A stretch of DNA of 64,000 bases. Origin: Heptranchias perlo (Eukaryota). Position 1 is the stretch's first letter, and each line of letters opens with the position of its first letter. This document shows positions 11,090 to 23,944 of the stretch, one piece after another. The stretch lies in contig NC_090334.1 of assembly GCF_035084215.1 (NCBI RefSeq), forward strand, positions 73,966,001 to 74,030,000, read 5' to 3'. Position numbers and translations under genes: made by a program. The notes below the pieces were generated by a model. It saw nothing but the letters and a program-made list of their open reading frames with translations, ran no database searches and was not told the DNA's origin.

Positions 11090-13125
11090 AACATAGGAAC
11101 AGTAGGCCATTCAGCCCCTCAAGCCATTCAATTAGATCATAAGAACATAAGAACATAAGAAATAGGAGCAGGAGTAGGCCAATCGGCCCCTCGAGCCTGC
11201 TCCGCCATTCAATAAGATCATGGCTGATCTGATCCTAACCTCAAATCTAAATTCATGTCCAATTTCCTGCCCACTCCCCGTAACCCCTAATTCTCTTTAC
11301 TTCTAGGAAACTGTCGATTTGTTTTAAATTTATTTAATGATGTAGCTTCCACAGCTTCCTGGGGCAGCAAATTCCACAGACCTACTACCCTCTGAGTGAA
11401 GAAGTTTTTCCTCATCTCAGTTTTGAAAGAGCAGCCCCTTATTCTAAGATTATGCCCCCAGTTCTAGTTTCACCCATCCTTGGGAACATCCTCACCGCAT
11501 CCAACCGATCAAGCCCCTTCACAATCTTATATGTTTCAATAAGGTCGCCTCTCATTCTTCTGAACTCCAATGAGTAGAGTCCCAATCTACTCAACCTCTC
11601 CTCATATGTCCGCCCCCTCAGCCCCGGGATTAACCGAGTGAACCTTCTTTGTACTGCCTCGAGAGCAAGTATGCCTTTTCTTAAGTATGGAGACCAAAAC
11701 TGTATGCAGTATTCCAGGTGCGGTCTCACCAATACCTTATATAACTGCAGCAATACCTCCCTGTTTTTATATTCTATCCCCCTAGCAATAAAAGCCAACA
11801 TTCCGTTGGCCTTCTTGATCACCTGCTGCACCTGCATACTAACTTTTTGATTTTCTTGCACTAGGACCCCAGATCCCTTTGTGCTGCAGTACTTTCCAGT
11901 TTCTCGCCATTAAGATAATAACTTGCTCTCTGATGTTTCCTGCCAAAGTGCATTACCTCACATTTTCCAATATTGAATTGCATCTGCCAAATCTCCGCCC
12001 ACTCACCCAGCCTGTCTATATCCCCTTGTAGGTTTTTTATGTCCTCCTCACTCTCTACTTTCCCTCCCATCTTTGTATCATCTGCAAACTTTGATATGTT
12101 ACATTCGGTCCCCTCCTCCAAATCGTTAATATAGATTGTAAAGAGTTGGGGACCCAGCACCGACCCCTGCGGAACACCACTGGCTACTGGTTGCCAGTCC
12201 GAGAATGAACCATTTATCCCAATTCTCTGCTTCCTGTTAGATAACCAATCCTCCACCCATGCCAGAATATTACCCCCAATCCAGTGATTCTTTATCTTGA
12301 GCAATAATCTTTTATGTGGCACCTTGTCAAATGCCTTCTGGAAGTCTAAATACACTACGTCCACTGGTTCCCCTTTATCCACCGTTATGTCCTCAAAGAA
12401 CTCAAGCAAATTTGTCAGACATGACTTCCCCTTCGTAAAGCTATGCTGACTTTGTCCTATTAAATTATGTTTATCGAAATGTTCCGCTACTGTCTCCTTA
12501 ATAATAGACTCCAAAATTTTACCCACCACAGATGTTAGGCCAACTGGTCTATAATTTCCAGCCTTCTGCCTACTACCCTTTTTAAATAAGGGTGTTACAT
12601 TAGCATTTTTCCAATCTGCCGGGACCTTTGCCGAGTCCAGAGAATTTTGGAAAATTATTACCAAAGCATCCACAATCCCTACTGCCACTTCCCTCAAGAC
12701 CCTGGGATGTAAGCCATCGGGTCCAGGCGATTTATCCCACTTGAGTCCCATTAATTTACTGAGTACCAATTCCTTAGTGATTTTAATCATATTTAGCTCC
12801 TCCCCCCCTAGAGCCCCCTATTTGCCCAGTGTTGGGATATTCTTAGTATCCTCTACCGTAAAGACTGAAACAAAATATTTGTTCAGCATTTTTGCCATCT
12901 CCATGTTTCCCACCATTAATTTCCCGGTCTCATCCTCTAAGGGACCTACGTTTGCCTTAGCCACCCTTTTTCTTTTTATATAACTATAGAAACTCTTGCT
13001 ATCTGTTTTTATATTTTTTGCTAATTTATTTTCATAATCTATCTTCCCTTTCTTAATCAATCCTTTATTTACTTTTTGCTGTCTTTTGAAGACTTCCCAA
13101 TCTTCTATCCTCCCACTTAGTTTGG
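11090..13125 (-). mobile_element. CR1 LINE, 5'-truncated, RT domain and 3' tail
   Basis: ORFs 11861-12790 ([28 protein letters not shown]), 11439-11861, 12818-13060; (TTCTTATG)n tail ~11140-11160. Confidence 0.93.
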
Positions 13126-13559
13126 CATCCCTGATGTGTATCTCAATACAACCTTTGAGGCACGTCCCTTGATACCCTTACCTAATAAATATGTCACTCA
13201 GTCTTGAAAATTTCAAATGGGGAGAAAGAGACACATCCTTATTTTCAGTGTTTTGGTCCATTATTCTTCAGTTAAATAAATAAGTTACACACGTACTCCA
13301 AAATGATAGCTCCTGTGGGTGTTGTGCAGAGATGAAACGTATTTAAATACCAGGGGAGGCAGGAAACAAAATCCTCCTATAATCAAGTACCGGTGACAGA
13401 CCAGGGTTACCACCCATCCAGTTTTTGGATTGGGCTGTCTGTAAATGTCTCAAATGAAAAGAGGACATGAAAACTCAGCTTACTTCTGTGTTTTATGACG
13501 ATTAGGCTTGAAAGCAACCTCCAAAGCCCCTTTCTCCCCAAGACAGACCCACTTGTGTC

Positions 13560-13660
13560 CTAACATCACAACAGTGGCTACACTTCATAAGTTCTTCATT
13601 GGCTGTAAAGCGCTTTTGGGACGTCCTGAGGTCGTGAAAGGCGCGATATAAATGCAAGCC
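13560..13660 (+). mobile_element. DeuSINE 3' fragment
   Basis: ATTGGCTGTAAAGCGCTTTTGGGACGTCCTGAGGTCGTGAAAGGCGCGATATAAATGCAAG. Confidence 0.7.
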
Positions 13661-13717
13661 CCCCTTTCCTGAAAATTCTCAACGTTTGAAGAAGCAAGCT
13701 GAATTTTGGGCACCTAC

Positions 13718-13846
13718 TTTGAGATTCTTCTCGGCTCTGGAAAAGTCAACGACCCCAGAGAAATCGGGTGGGGGTTTGCGCCTCTTGTAATATTTAAAGA
13801 GCCTCCTGAAGGCATCTTCACCCTGCTCCAGCAGGCAGGCGGCCAT
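13718..13846 (-). CDS. ALKBH1: Nucleic acid dioxygenase ALKBH1, coding exon 1; later exons not found in the window
   Basis: [43 protein letters not shown] matches the ALKBH1 N-terminus (GEDAFRKLF..GVIDFS); donor AAA|GTAGGT, phase 0; head-to-head with SLIRP as in human. Confidence 0.88.
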
Positions 13847-14043
13847 CTCTCCACCTCGTACCGGCAGCGGCACCCGCAACTGGGGGGTGGTCAAAACACA
13901 AGAAGAATATAATCGTTAGCCGCAATTCAATTTTAACCAGAAAAAAAATAGATATAGCAATATTCAAATTGATATTGAAGCCTTAATACTGTATTTTGAT
14001 CCTATACAGCGGGTCGAAGGTCAGGGGGCAGCGCGAGTCGGCG
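13847..14043. promoter_or_regulatory. Bidirectional promoter ALKBH1/SLIRP
   Basis: Only 197 bp between divergent ATGs (13846 and 14044); locally CpG-rich flanks. Confidence 0.8.
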
Positions 14044-14113
14044 ATGGCGGTTCCGTCTTCCAGAAAGTTCTTCGAGGTTTTCGTTTCGCGGATCCCCTGG
14101 ACTCTGGCGAACA
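14044..14113 (+). CDS. SLIRP: SRA stem-loop-interacting RNA-binding protein, mitochondrial, exon 1; join(14044..14113,16977..17035,29175..29282,29987..30037), 95 aa
   Basis: MAVPSSRKFFEVFVSRIPWTLAN (RRM beta1 region); donor ACA|GTGAGT, phase 1. Confidence 0.93.
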
Positions 14114-16059
14114 GTGAGTGGCGCCGCTTTCACCATCTGTTTATTTATATACATATTTATATATATCTCTCGGTCGCGTTTGTGAGAAAATGTTTTAATT
14201 GGGGGTTTAGAGTGAAATGGTGGAAGCCGGTAAGTGGTTCCGGGGGCTGAGCTGGGCACCGACTGCCATGCGGAGGAGGCAGCCTCTCCTCTCCTGGCCC
14301 ACTCCTTGGGAGCTCGGCAGTCCCTCATTTTTATATATCTCCTGGTTGAGTGGTTTTGGTGTCAGACCTTCAGTACAGCCCTGGTTGTCTTTTTCCCTCC
14401 CACTCCCCTCCTGCCCGAGATACGGTCCAAAGCATACATTACAATTAAAATGCAGCCCATCATCTTTCATCCTTCCAAAAAGAGACCCTCTTTCCCCCCC
14501 CCCCCCCCCCTCGGATGCAGCATCTTATCTCTTAAATGATTCCACCTCCACTACTCCATCCAGGGGGTGGATCACCCTCGACCCGGGGGTGGGTTCCCGG
14601 TGTGGATCCCTGTGTGAAGAAGAACTTCTTGCTATAATCCTAAATTCTCCACATCATACCTTTTACTAGTTTGAGCTTGTGTCCCCTTGTCCTCACAGTT
14701 TAAAGTGATAATTCTGGATTAGCTATTTTCAGTCCCTTAAGTATAACATCACCTCTCAGCCTATGAGGCCATTATTTATTTGTGAATCCTGGTAGTTAAT
14801 AAATTGGTGGACTTTTTGACTGAGGATCACATCATGGCTAAGTCTAATTCTGTCCCCATTGACCTTCACGTACAATTTCCAGAAGAAGCTTCTGGATAGA
14901 ATTCAGGAGCAGGAAACCTGGCAGACTTCTTTTTCTCCCAGGAGAAACTATATAGGAATTACAACACAGAAACAGGCTGTTCGGCCCAGCCAGTCTGTGC
15001 TGATGTTTGTCCTCCACGTGACTCCTTATCCTCTGTACCCACCATGTTCTGATATCCCTTTCCACTACCTATCTAACCAATTAATTGTTGACTCAATCTC
15101 TACTTCAATCACTAATTCTGTTAGCACATTCTACAACCTCACTATGCAAGCTGAGGCTAATTCTATTATTTTTACTGCTGCCTCAGTTGAGATCAGCTAA
15201 CTCGGTGCTGATCAAGATTGAGCCCCTTGACCTTCCTGGTCGGTATGACAAACTACATCATTGTGTCGATCAGTAGCCGATGAAATTTAATATGGACAAA
15301 TAGGTAAGAAGAAAAACCAATGAAAAGAAGAGCAAGCAATGATGCTGATTCCTAGTGTGAAAATACTGAGTTATGAGGAAAGCCTGGAAAAACTTGGGCC
15401 TTTTGACCTGAGATAGTAAACAGTATAGAAAAGTTGGATTCTGCACATTGTTTCAAATTAAACTAGAGAGCAGGACAATAGAACACCAGTTCAAAATGGA
15501 AAAAGTCAAATTTAGGACTGATGTTTGGAAGTCCTTCGCCTAGTGATCAACACATGCAATGGACTTTAGGTAGAATACGGGAGTTGAAAACCTTGGAATT
15601 GTTTAAGAAGCAGTGGATACTCTTATGGGGTGATTGTAGGGTCTTTCTGGATGAATGTCATTCTGCCCAATCAGCTCATTCACTTGGTACCAATTTGGGT
15701 AGTGCATTTACTCATGGAATCAGGGTGATTTGTTTAAATAGGCTTGCATTTTGATCATAAATATAACTTGGAAATTTTGTTTGTTAGAACTATAAATATT
15801 TACATCTGGACCGTTGTATCTTTGCGAGAAAAATCACAAATGAATCCAACTGCCCTGCTGTCTACACAGCCCCATATCTTCCCATGCTTTAAATATTTAT
15901 CCACTTTTCTCTTAAATCATGGAGTGGTCTCTGCCTCTCCACTGCCACTCCCTGTGGCAAAGCATTCCATGCTCCAATAACCCTCTATGTGAAGAAATTT
16001 CTCTTGAACCCTCTTTAAGTTGATGACCCCAGTTGATCAGCACCACCTACTAGCCTAAA

Positions 16060-16416
16060 GATCCACCACCGGCGTACCATGGCTGCAGTGTGCACAGGAT
16101 ACACTGCAGCAACTCATCAAGGCTTCTTCTCAAACCCAAAACGTCCATCGGCCAGAAGGGCAAGGACAGTGGGTGCTTGGAAAAACGATCACCTGCAAGT
16201 CACCCATCATCCTGATTTGAAAATATTTTGCTGTTCCTATATTGTCGTTGAGTCAAAATCTTGGAACTTCCTACCTAACAACAGCACTGTGGGAGCCCCT
16301 TCACCACATGGACTTCAGAAGAAGGCCCACCACCACCTTCTCAAGGGCAACTAATGCTGGGCAATAAATGCTACCCTTGCCAGTGATTCCCGCATTCCAA
16401 GAATTTAAAAAAAAAG
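16060..16416 (+). mobile_element. Poly(A)-tailed LINE 3' end (clade unresolved); related copies ~9950-10195, 27232-27433, 50560-50905(-)
   Basis: SKSWNFLPNNSTVG..KKAHHHLLKGN, then GGGCAATAAATGC..A-tail. Confidence 0.7.
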
Positions 16417-16976
16417 TCACTAACTCCCCATCTAGTGGAAGTAGTCTTTCCCTATTCACCCTATCAAAACCCTTCAAAATTTTTAAAAACCTCTATTAAA
16501 TCTTCTCTTGGCATTCCCTGTTAGAGTGATATTGACAGAGGTATGGGAGAAGGTTGTTTCTTTGCTCTTCCGAGAAATGGTGTGTTACACCGGGGAATAA
16601 CTTAAGTGTATGATAGGGGAATGTATTATAAATACCTCCTTAGCTTGAGCTAAGGTGATTAATTATACTAAACATTGAAAAGAAATAGTGAGAAACACTG
16701 GCAGGTTGTGGGTTTGTGTCTATTATTCCTCAGGTGATTCCCAAACTCAGCCATGGCTGTATGGACAGTGCAGAGAGGAGACCAGATATTTCCTGACAAG
16801 GTAGGAGAGTCAACTGGCTATAGAGCAACACTGGCCAAAACCTGGAAGCAGGCTCCTAAACTGGGAAAGCCATATTGCAGAGGGGGAAAAATAAATAGCT
16901 TTTAAAAAATGATGAACATGTTGATTGAGAGTTTGGTAGATTATGGGATTTAGTATATCTCTCTGTATTTTTGCAG

Positions 16977-17035
16977 AAGAAATCAAAGAATATTTTGGAC
17001 AGTTTGGACCAGTGAAGAAATGTCTGCTTCCATTT
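16977..17035 (+). CDS. SLIRP: SLIRP exon 2
   Basis: TTTTTGCAG| (K)EIKEYFGQFGPVKKCLLPF |GTGAGT; 59 nt, ends phase 0. Confidence 0.95.
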
Positions 17036-17319
17036 GTGAGTATTTAATTAGCTGCATTTCTTTTTTGTTCTGTTTAATAAACTGATTAAATGCAAGAGCT
17101 GGAGATTGCTATGCTGCATTCAGTGGACTGGACTTTTAAGTTTCTAAAGTCAATTGGATGGAGTCCTTATGTTCTTGATGCAGCATTGAGACCCTTCATG
17201 TCTGGCAGAGCCCTAGATGAGAAAGATCTGGTGAGTAGTGTTCCACAGAGGTCTGCATTTATTTTCTATATCTTATTTACACAAATGGAAATGCCTTGGA
17301 TTTTTTTTTACATTAAATG

Positions 17320-18185
17320 TGTTAGCAAATTGGAGGATATGGCAAATTGTAACGGATTTTGAAAGACTACAGAAGTACATGAATAGGCTAGCAGGATGGG
17401 CAAATAGGCAGCTGATGCAGATTAATGTGGAAAAATGTGAAGGATACATTTTGCAAGTAAGAATATGGAAAGGATTGCACCTTAAATTGTGAGATTTCAA
17501 ATGGAGTAGAGGGATCTTGGGGTGAAGCTACATGGGTCATTAATGGTGGCAGCACAAGTAGATAAGGCTATTAAGAAAAAGCAAATTGTACCCCTGGTTT
17601 TGTATCTAGAGGCATAGAATACAAAAGCATAGAGATAATGTTGAACTTGTACAAGATGTTAGGCTGCAGTTGGGAGTATTGTGTACAGTTTTGGACACTT
17701 CATAAGGCATAAAGGCAATGAATAAAGTGCAGCATAAAATCACTGGAATGTTACCAGGGATGAGAGCTTATGGATATGAAGAGAGACTTGAGAAGTTGGG
17801 GCTTTTTTCACTGAAGGTCAGAATGTTAAGCAGTTATGTGATAGAGGTCTTCAAGGTTTTGCAGGATTATAATAAGGTAAATAGTGATATTGTTTCCAAT
17901 GGTCAGGCACAAAGTTAAGATAATGATTAAAAAGGTTACAAAAAATTTCTTTACTTTAGAATGTGGAATTCTCCACCATAAAGTATTGTTGAAAGCAGAA
18001 TCCATATATTTCAAAAGGAAATATAATAATAAATATATAATTTGATGAAAAAGAGGAATATTAAAAGATATGGGGGCGAGTGAGCAAGAGTGTGGGATCA
18101 GACTTGATGGCTCCTGGAGAAAACACCCTGGTGCAAACCTGATGTGCTGAATGGTCTGTTCCTGTGCTCTAATGTTCCATGATTC
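17320..18185 (+). mobile_element. Old degenerate CR1 3' half
   Basis: Remnants ERLQKYMNRLAGWA..INVEKC and YEERLEKLGLFSL. Confidence 0.75.
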
Positions 18186-19446
18186 TAGACAAGTCAAGAG
18201 ATGCACTCCAGCTGATGGGAGAAACTTTATAAATGCAATCAGCCATCCAGTCCGTGACGACCAACAAATAAACCATCTATGGTGGATTTCACTGAAGTTG
18301 AGGCTAACAAATCAGTGGCACTGGGCAACTTAATGTGTAACCACTGTTGTGAAGGCGGCATGTTCCTTTTGTTGGGACTGTTAATTAATACAGGTGCCTA
18401 CAATATTTGAAATCTGCTTCTCCAGACCCACATTATTTTAAACTGGACAAACCAACAAGTAAGAAATATACAGGCAAACAGAACTGAGTTGCCAGGCCTC
18501 GTGGGCTGGATGTAGTCTGTGAACTGGAATTTGAACACCTTAGTTTTAAACTATAAATGACACTAACAAGAAATGACAAACTGATACCAATATCGCTCTA
18601 ACGGTCAGGATGACTGGACAGTTCAGAAGAATATACCATCGCCTTCTTAAAAACCAGTGTTTTTTCCCCCCAACTGTATACATGTCTTGGTGAAAAGACG
18701 TGTTCTATTTAAAAGACACCTTCTCCAGTGTGGTGCAATGGTCCAACCCACTGATTGACATGGCAAGTTGATTAGAGGCTTGGAGAGTATTAACTCGGTC
18801 TGTTGTATTATGGATGGCACTAGGACTTGAAATACCGCAGTCACATACATGCTCATTGTTTAAATGCATGGGAGCTGCTTTTCAGAACAGTTCCAACCCT
18901 TTGATAAACTTGTAGTCTGTAGAGAGATGCAGGAAATGAGTGAATTTATACAGCTGGGCAAGGAAATTAGTATGTAAGCTGTTTGTCGACATCCAGTTGT
19001 GTTAAAAAGCCATTTAAAATATCAATTTTTCTTATTCAAAATTTGGGAGGTTGTTACAGATTTGCTGCTATGGTATGATCGAGCACTCCTGTAACTAATG
19101 ATGTAATTGACAGGTGAATATTGTGCGAATGATGATATTGACATGTATTTGATGAGGTTTCCAATCGGAATATGTTGGATTTGAGCACATATTATTGATG
19201 CTGAAGCACGATTGTTGATTAGATGAAATCCGATTGTTCCATTTGTCTACTACTCTTGTCAAAAGCAGTTAATGCTGTCAAAATAATTCCTTTTAAAAAG
19301 CAGCTGAATAAATACCTGAATATGGCCTGCATTGAAGATGATCAAATGCCCTCCAGAACATTATGGCTCCAGACATGTTGGAACATGGGACTATCATCTG
19401 AAGAATGCAATCAGGATAGAATAATTTGAATTGGATGTTGTCTGTC

Positions 19447-19872
19447 ATAGAAACATAGAAAATAGGAGCAGGACTATGCCATTCGGCCCTTCGAGCCTGC
19501 TCCGCCATTCAGTATGATCATGGCTGATCCTCTATCTCAATACCATATTCCCACTCTCTCCCCATACCCCTTGATGCAATGTGTCTAGAAATCTGTCTAG
19601 CTCCTTCTTAAATATATTTAGTGATTTGGCCTCCACAGCCTTCTGTGGTAGAGAATTCCACAGGTTCACCATCCTCTGAGTGAAGAAATTTCTCCTCATC
19701 TCAGTCCTAAATGTCCTACCCTGTATCCTGAGACTGTGACCCCTCGTTCTGGAACCCCCAGCCAGGGGAAACATCCTCCCTGGATCCAGTGTGTCTAGCC
19801 CTGTCAGAATTTTGTATGTTTCAATGAGATCCCCTTTCGTTCTTCAAAACTGAGTGAATACAGGCTGAGTCG
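19447..19872 (-). mobile_element. CR1 LINE 3' fragment
   Basis: ORF 19532-19774 FPLAGGSRTRGHSL..WNSLPQKAVEA; TTTCTATG tail. Confidence 0.85.
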
Positions 19873-20329
19873 TATTTAGGATGATGGGATAATTGGAAGT
19901 TTCTTGCATCCTAGGAACATAAGAATTGCTAGATGAGAAAAGATCAAGGTCCATCTAGTTTGCCTTCTATCATCCTGGTTGTCGCATGATACAATAATGG
20001 AGTTGTTGACTAATCATAACAATCAATCTCTATCAATTAGTCTACAAGAGACCCAGACATGAAGCAAGGAAAACCCCAGTGGGAGAGCATGGAAAACCAT
20101 AGATCCAAAGTCACCTGTTCATCCCAAACATGCTACACATACCACATGTCAGATTTCAAATTACTCATATACTGTATCCCAAAATGTTATTTTCTGAAAG
20201 AAATCCATCTAATTTACATTTGACTGAATTAATACCAACTGGTTCCACCGTCTCCTTAGATAGCCCGTTCTATAGATTGACCACTTGATCGCTGAAATAT
20301 TGTTTCCGCAAATTAGTTTTGAACTTATC

Positions 20330-20720
20330 CCCTCGGGTGCATCCCCTGGTGACTGGTGAATCTGATGTAGGAACTATTGTTCGTCTTGCGTAGGGTGGTC
20401 CCGCTGGAGTCAGTTGTTGCAGCATTTCTCAATTTTCTTGCTTTCTGTTTAACAGGGTGATCATAGGGAGCATCACAGCTGAACCTGATTCTGTCCTCAC
20501 CTGACATCCACGTATATGTACTTACAGCAGGGGTTGCTGGGTGGTGATCAGGAATAGGAACCCTGGCTGAGTTTCTAGTCACTGGGATTGCTGAGCCTAG
20601 TTATAGCAGCTGTACTACCACCTCAGCTGAGATCAGTGAACACAGCACAGATCTCGGACTGAAATTGGAATCTTCCTGGTCTCCTAGCTAAACTACCTGC
20701 TGGGTAAACACGCTGATCTA
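20330..20720 (-). mobile_element. AmnSINE2-like ancient SINE
   Basis: Minus strand GACCAGGAAG..CTGTGCTG..CTGATCTCAGC..TCAGCCAGGGTTCC..TCCTGATC..CCCCTGCTG..GGTGAGGACAG..GCTGTGATGC resembles the recalled AmnSINE2 consensus. Confidence 0.6.
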
Positions 20721-20924
20721 TTGGGGAAGTCAAAGTTGATTTGCAGGGTGTCTTTGTACTGCTATTTTTGTCCATCCCAAGAATGTTGGCTGTTTTTCAA
20801 CTCACAATGGCACATTTCCTTTGGAAACCAATGTAAATAACATGTTGTACACTGGAGTTTGTGGTTAACAACCTACAGAGAGAAACAGTTCTTGCCTTGT
20901 GGAAATTCAGACCAGTGGTTATTT

Positions 20925-23185
20925 ACATAGGAACAGGAGTAGGCCTTTCAGCCCCTCGTGCCTGCTCCGCCATTTGATAAGATCATGGCTGATCTGTGAT
21001 CTAACTCCATATACCTGCCTTTGGCCCATATCCCTTAATACCTTTGGTTGCCAAAAAACTATCTCAGATTTAAATTTAGCAATTGAGCTAGTATCAATTG
21101 CTGTTTGTGGAAGAGAGTTCCAAACTTCTACCACCCTTCGTGTGTAGAAATGTTTTCTAATCTCGCTCCTGAAAGGTCTGGCTCTAATTTTTAGACTGTG
21201 CCCCCCCCCCCCCCACTCCTAAAATTCCCAACCAGCGGAACTAGTTTCTCTCTATGCACCCTATCTGTTCCCCTTAATATCTTATAAACTTCGATCAGAT
21301 TACCCCTTAACCTTCGAAACTCTAGAGAATACAACCCCAATTTGTGTAATCTCTCCTCGTAACTTAACCCTTGAAGTCCGGGTATCATTCTAGTAAACCT
21401 ACGCTGCACTCCCTCCAAGGCCAATATGTCCTTCCGAAGGTGCGGTGCCCAGAACTGCTCACAGTACTCCAGGTGCGGTCTAACCAGGGTTTTGTATAGC
21501 TGCAGCATAACCTCTGCCCCCTTGTACTCTAGTCCTCTAGATATAAAGGCCAACATTCCATTTGCCTTCTTGATTATTTTCTGCACCTGTTCATGACACT
21601 TCAATGATCTATGTACCTGAACCCCTAAGTCCCTTTGGACATCCACTGTTTTTAACTTTTTACCATTTAGAAAGTACCCTGTTCTATCCTTTTTTGATCC
21701 AAAGTGGATGACCTCACATTTGTCTACATTGAATTCCATTTGCCACAGTTTTGCCCATTCACCTAATCTATCAATATCGCTTTGTAATTTTATGTTTTCA
21801 TCGACACTGCTTACAATGCCACCAATCTTTGTGTCATCGGCAAACTTAGATATGAGACTTTCTATGCCTTCATCTAAGTCGTTAATAAATATTGTGAATA
21901 ATTGAGGCCTCAAGACAGATCCCTGCGGGACTCCACTAGTCACATCCTGCCAATGTGAGTACCTTCCCATTATCCCCTACTCTCTGTCGCCTTTCGCTCA
22001 GCCAATTTCCTAACCAAGTTCGTACTTTTCCCTCGATTCCATGGGCTTCTATCTTAGCTAACAGTCTCTTATGTGGGTCCTTATCAAATGCCTTCTGGAA
22101 GTCCATATAAATAACATCCATTGACATTCCCCTTCCACTACTTTAGTCACCTCCTCAAAAAATTCAATCAGGTTTGTCAGGCACGACCTACCTTTCTCAA
22201 ATCCATGCTGGCTCTCTCTGATTAACTGAAAATTCTCGAGGTGTTCAGTCACCCTATCCTTAATTATAGATACCAGCATTTTCCCCACAACAGATGTTAA
22301 GCTAACTGGTCTATAATTCCCTGGTTTCCCTCTCTCTCCTTTCTTAAAAAGCAGAGTGACATGTGCAATTTTCCAATCTAGAGGGACAGTTCCTGAATCT
22401 AGAGAACTTTGAAAGATTATAGTTAGGGCATCTGCAATGTGCTCACCTACTTCCTTTAAAACCCTGGGATGGAAACCATCTGGTCCTGGGGATTTGTCAC
22501 TCTTTAGTGCTATTATTTTCTTCGTTACTGTTGCTTTACTTATGTTAATTTTATCGAGTCCCTGTCCCCGATTCAATATTAGTTTTCTTGGGATTTCCGG
22601 CATGCTATCCTCTTTTTCGACTGTAAATGCTGACGCAAAGTAATTGTTCAACATGTCCGCCATTTCCCCATTGTCAATGACAATATCCCCACTTTCAGTT
22701 TTTAAGGGGCCAACACTGCTCCTGACCACCCTCTTTTTCCTAATATAACTATAAAAGTTCTTCGTATTGGTTTTGATATCCCTTGCGAGTTTCTTTTCAT
22801 ACTCTCTTTTTGTAGCCCTTACTTTCTGTTTTGTGACCCTTTGTTGATCTTTATCTTTCCCATTCGCCAGGATCTGTGCCATTTTTTGCCTTTTTGTATG
22901 CCCTTTCCTTATGTCTTATACTGTCCCTTACCTCTTTAGTTGTCCATGGCTGTTTTTTTTGGCAAGTAGAGTTCTTGCCCCTCAGGGGTATAAACTGGTT
23001 CTGTATGTCGTTAAATGTTTCTTTAAACATTTCCCACTGATCATCAGTCGTTTTACCCATTAACAGATTTGCCCAGTTTACTGTGGACAGTCTCTGTCTC
23101 ATCCCATTGAAGTCGGCCTTACCCAAGTCTAGAATCTTAGCAGCTGATTCACTTTTTTCCCTTTCAAACACTACATTGAACTCAT
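20925..23185 (-). mobile_element. Young CR1 LINE copy A (in SLIRP intron 2)
   Basis: ORFs 21191-21970, 22058-22882, 22851-23219 with RT motifs; nearly identical to 42995-45400. Confidence 0.95.
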
Positions 23186-23254
23186 GAGATAGGTTGGGAA
23201 GAGTCTGTGACCGTCTCAAGTTCTAAATGGTCTGTTGGAAGAAGCTACTACTAT

Positions 23255-23665
23255 ACTTGCATTTAAATAGTGCTTTTATCATGTTGAAATGTGTCAAAAG
23301 CAATTCACATAATTAATTACTTTTGGAGCGTAGTTACTGTTACACAGGGAAATGCAGTAGCCATTCTGCACCAGCAAACATTGATTAGATCAATAACCAG
23401 TTAACTTTTTTTTTGGTATTAATGAGGGTGGAATGTCCTTTCGGACATCAGAAGAATGACCTGATCCTCTTCAAAAAATGCAGTAGGATCTTTAAAGTTC
23501 ACTCGAATAGGAGGTCACGACTTCAGTCTAAAGGAAAGAACCAATGACAATGCAGAACTAGGGAATATATATTGTACTGAAGTGTCAATCTAGATATCTG
23601 CTTAGGTGCTGGCGTGGGGCTTGAATCTGCAACCTTCTGGGCCAGAGGGGAGACTCTTACCAAAT
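23255..23665 (-). mobile_element. DeuSINE, degenerate
   Basis: Same blocks as 1405-1830, including head GGTTGCAGATTCAAGCCCC on the minus strand. Confidence 0.6.
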
Positions 23666-23944
23666 GAATGAAACGGACTATTTGAAGCAGGCTTGATGGG
23701 CTGAAATGACTTTCTCGTTTTGCACATAAAACAGAATTTATGATGTGTATTAAAATGATTTATGTTGACTGAATGAGGAGAAAATGTGCTGCAGTCATAA
23801 TATCTTACTAAAAATAGTTGGAGCAAGCTGGTGGGGGTGTAAAACAATCTGTACAGTTGTGTCATTCAGTAGAATACTAACAGCAGGTGAATTTGGCTCT
23901 TTCATTCATTCAGGATTAGGATGAAAATAATACATAGAAAATTG

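Noticed and set aside
1830-13717. ALKBH1 exon 2 and later exons
   Set aside because: No segment encoding the expected W.AYGL.GYPG or FIFIPNPF motifs was seen by eye; probably left of the window, though TBLASTN should confirm.
13847-13894. Upstream extension MTTPQ.. of ALKBH1
   Set aside because: Starts at a TTG; the first ATG with homology is at 13846.
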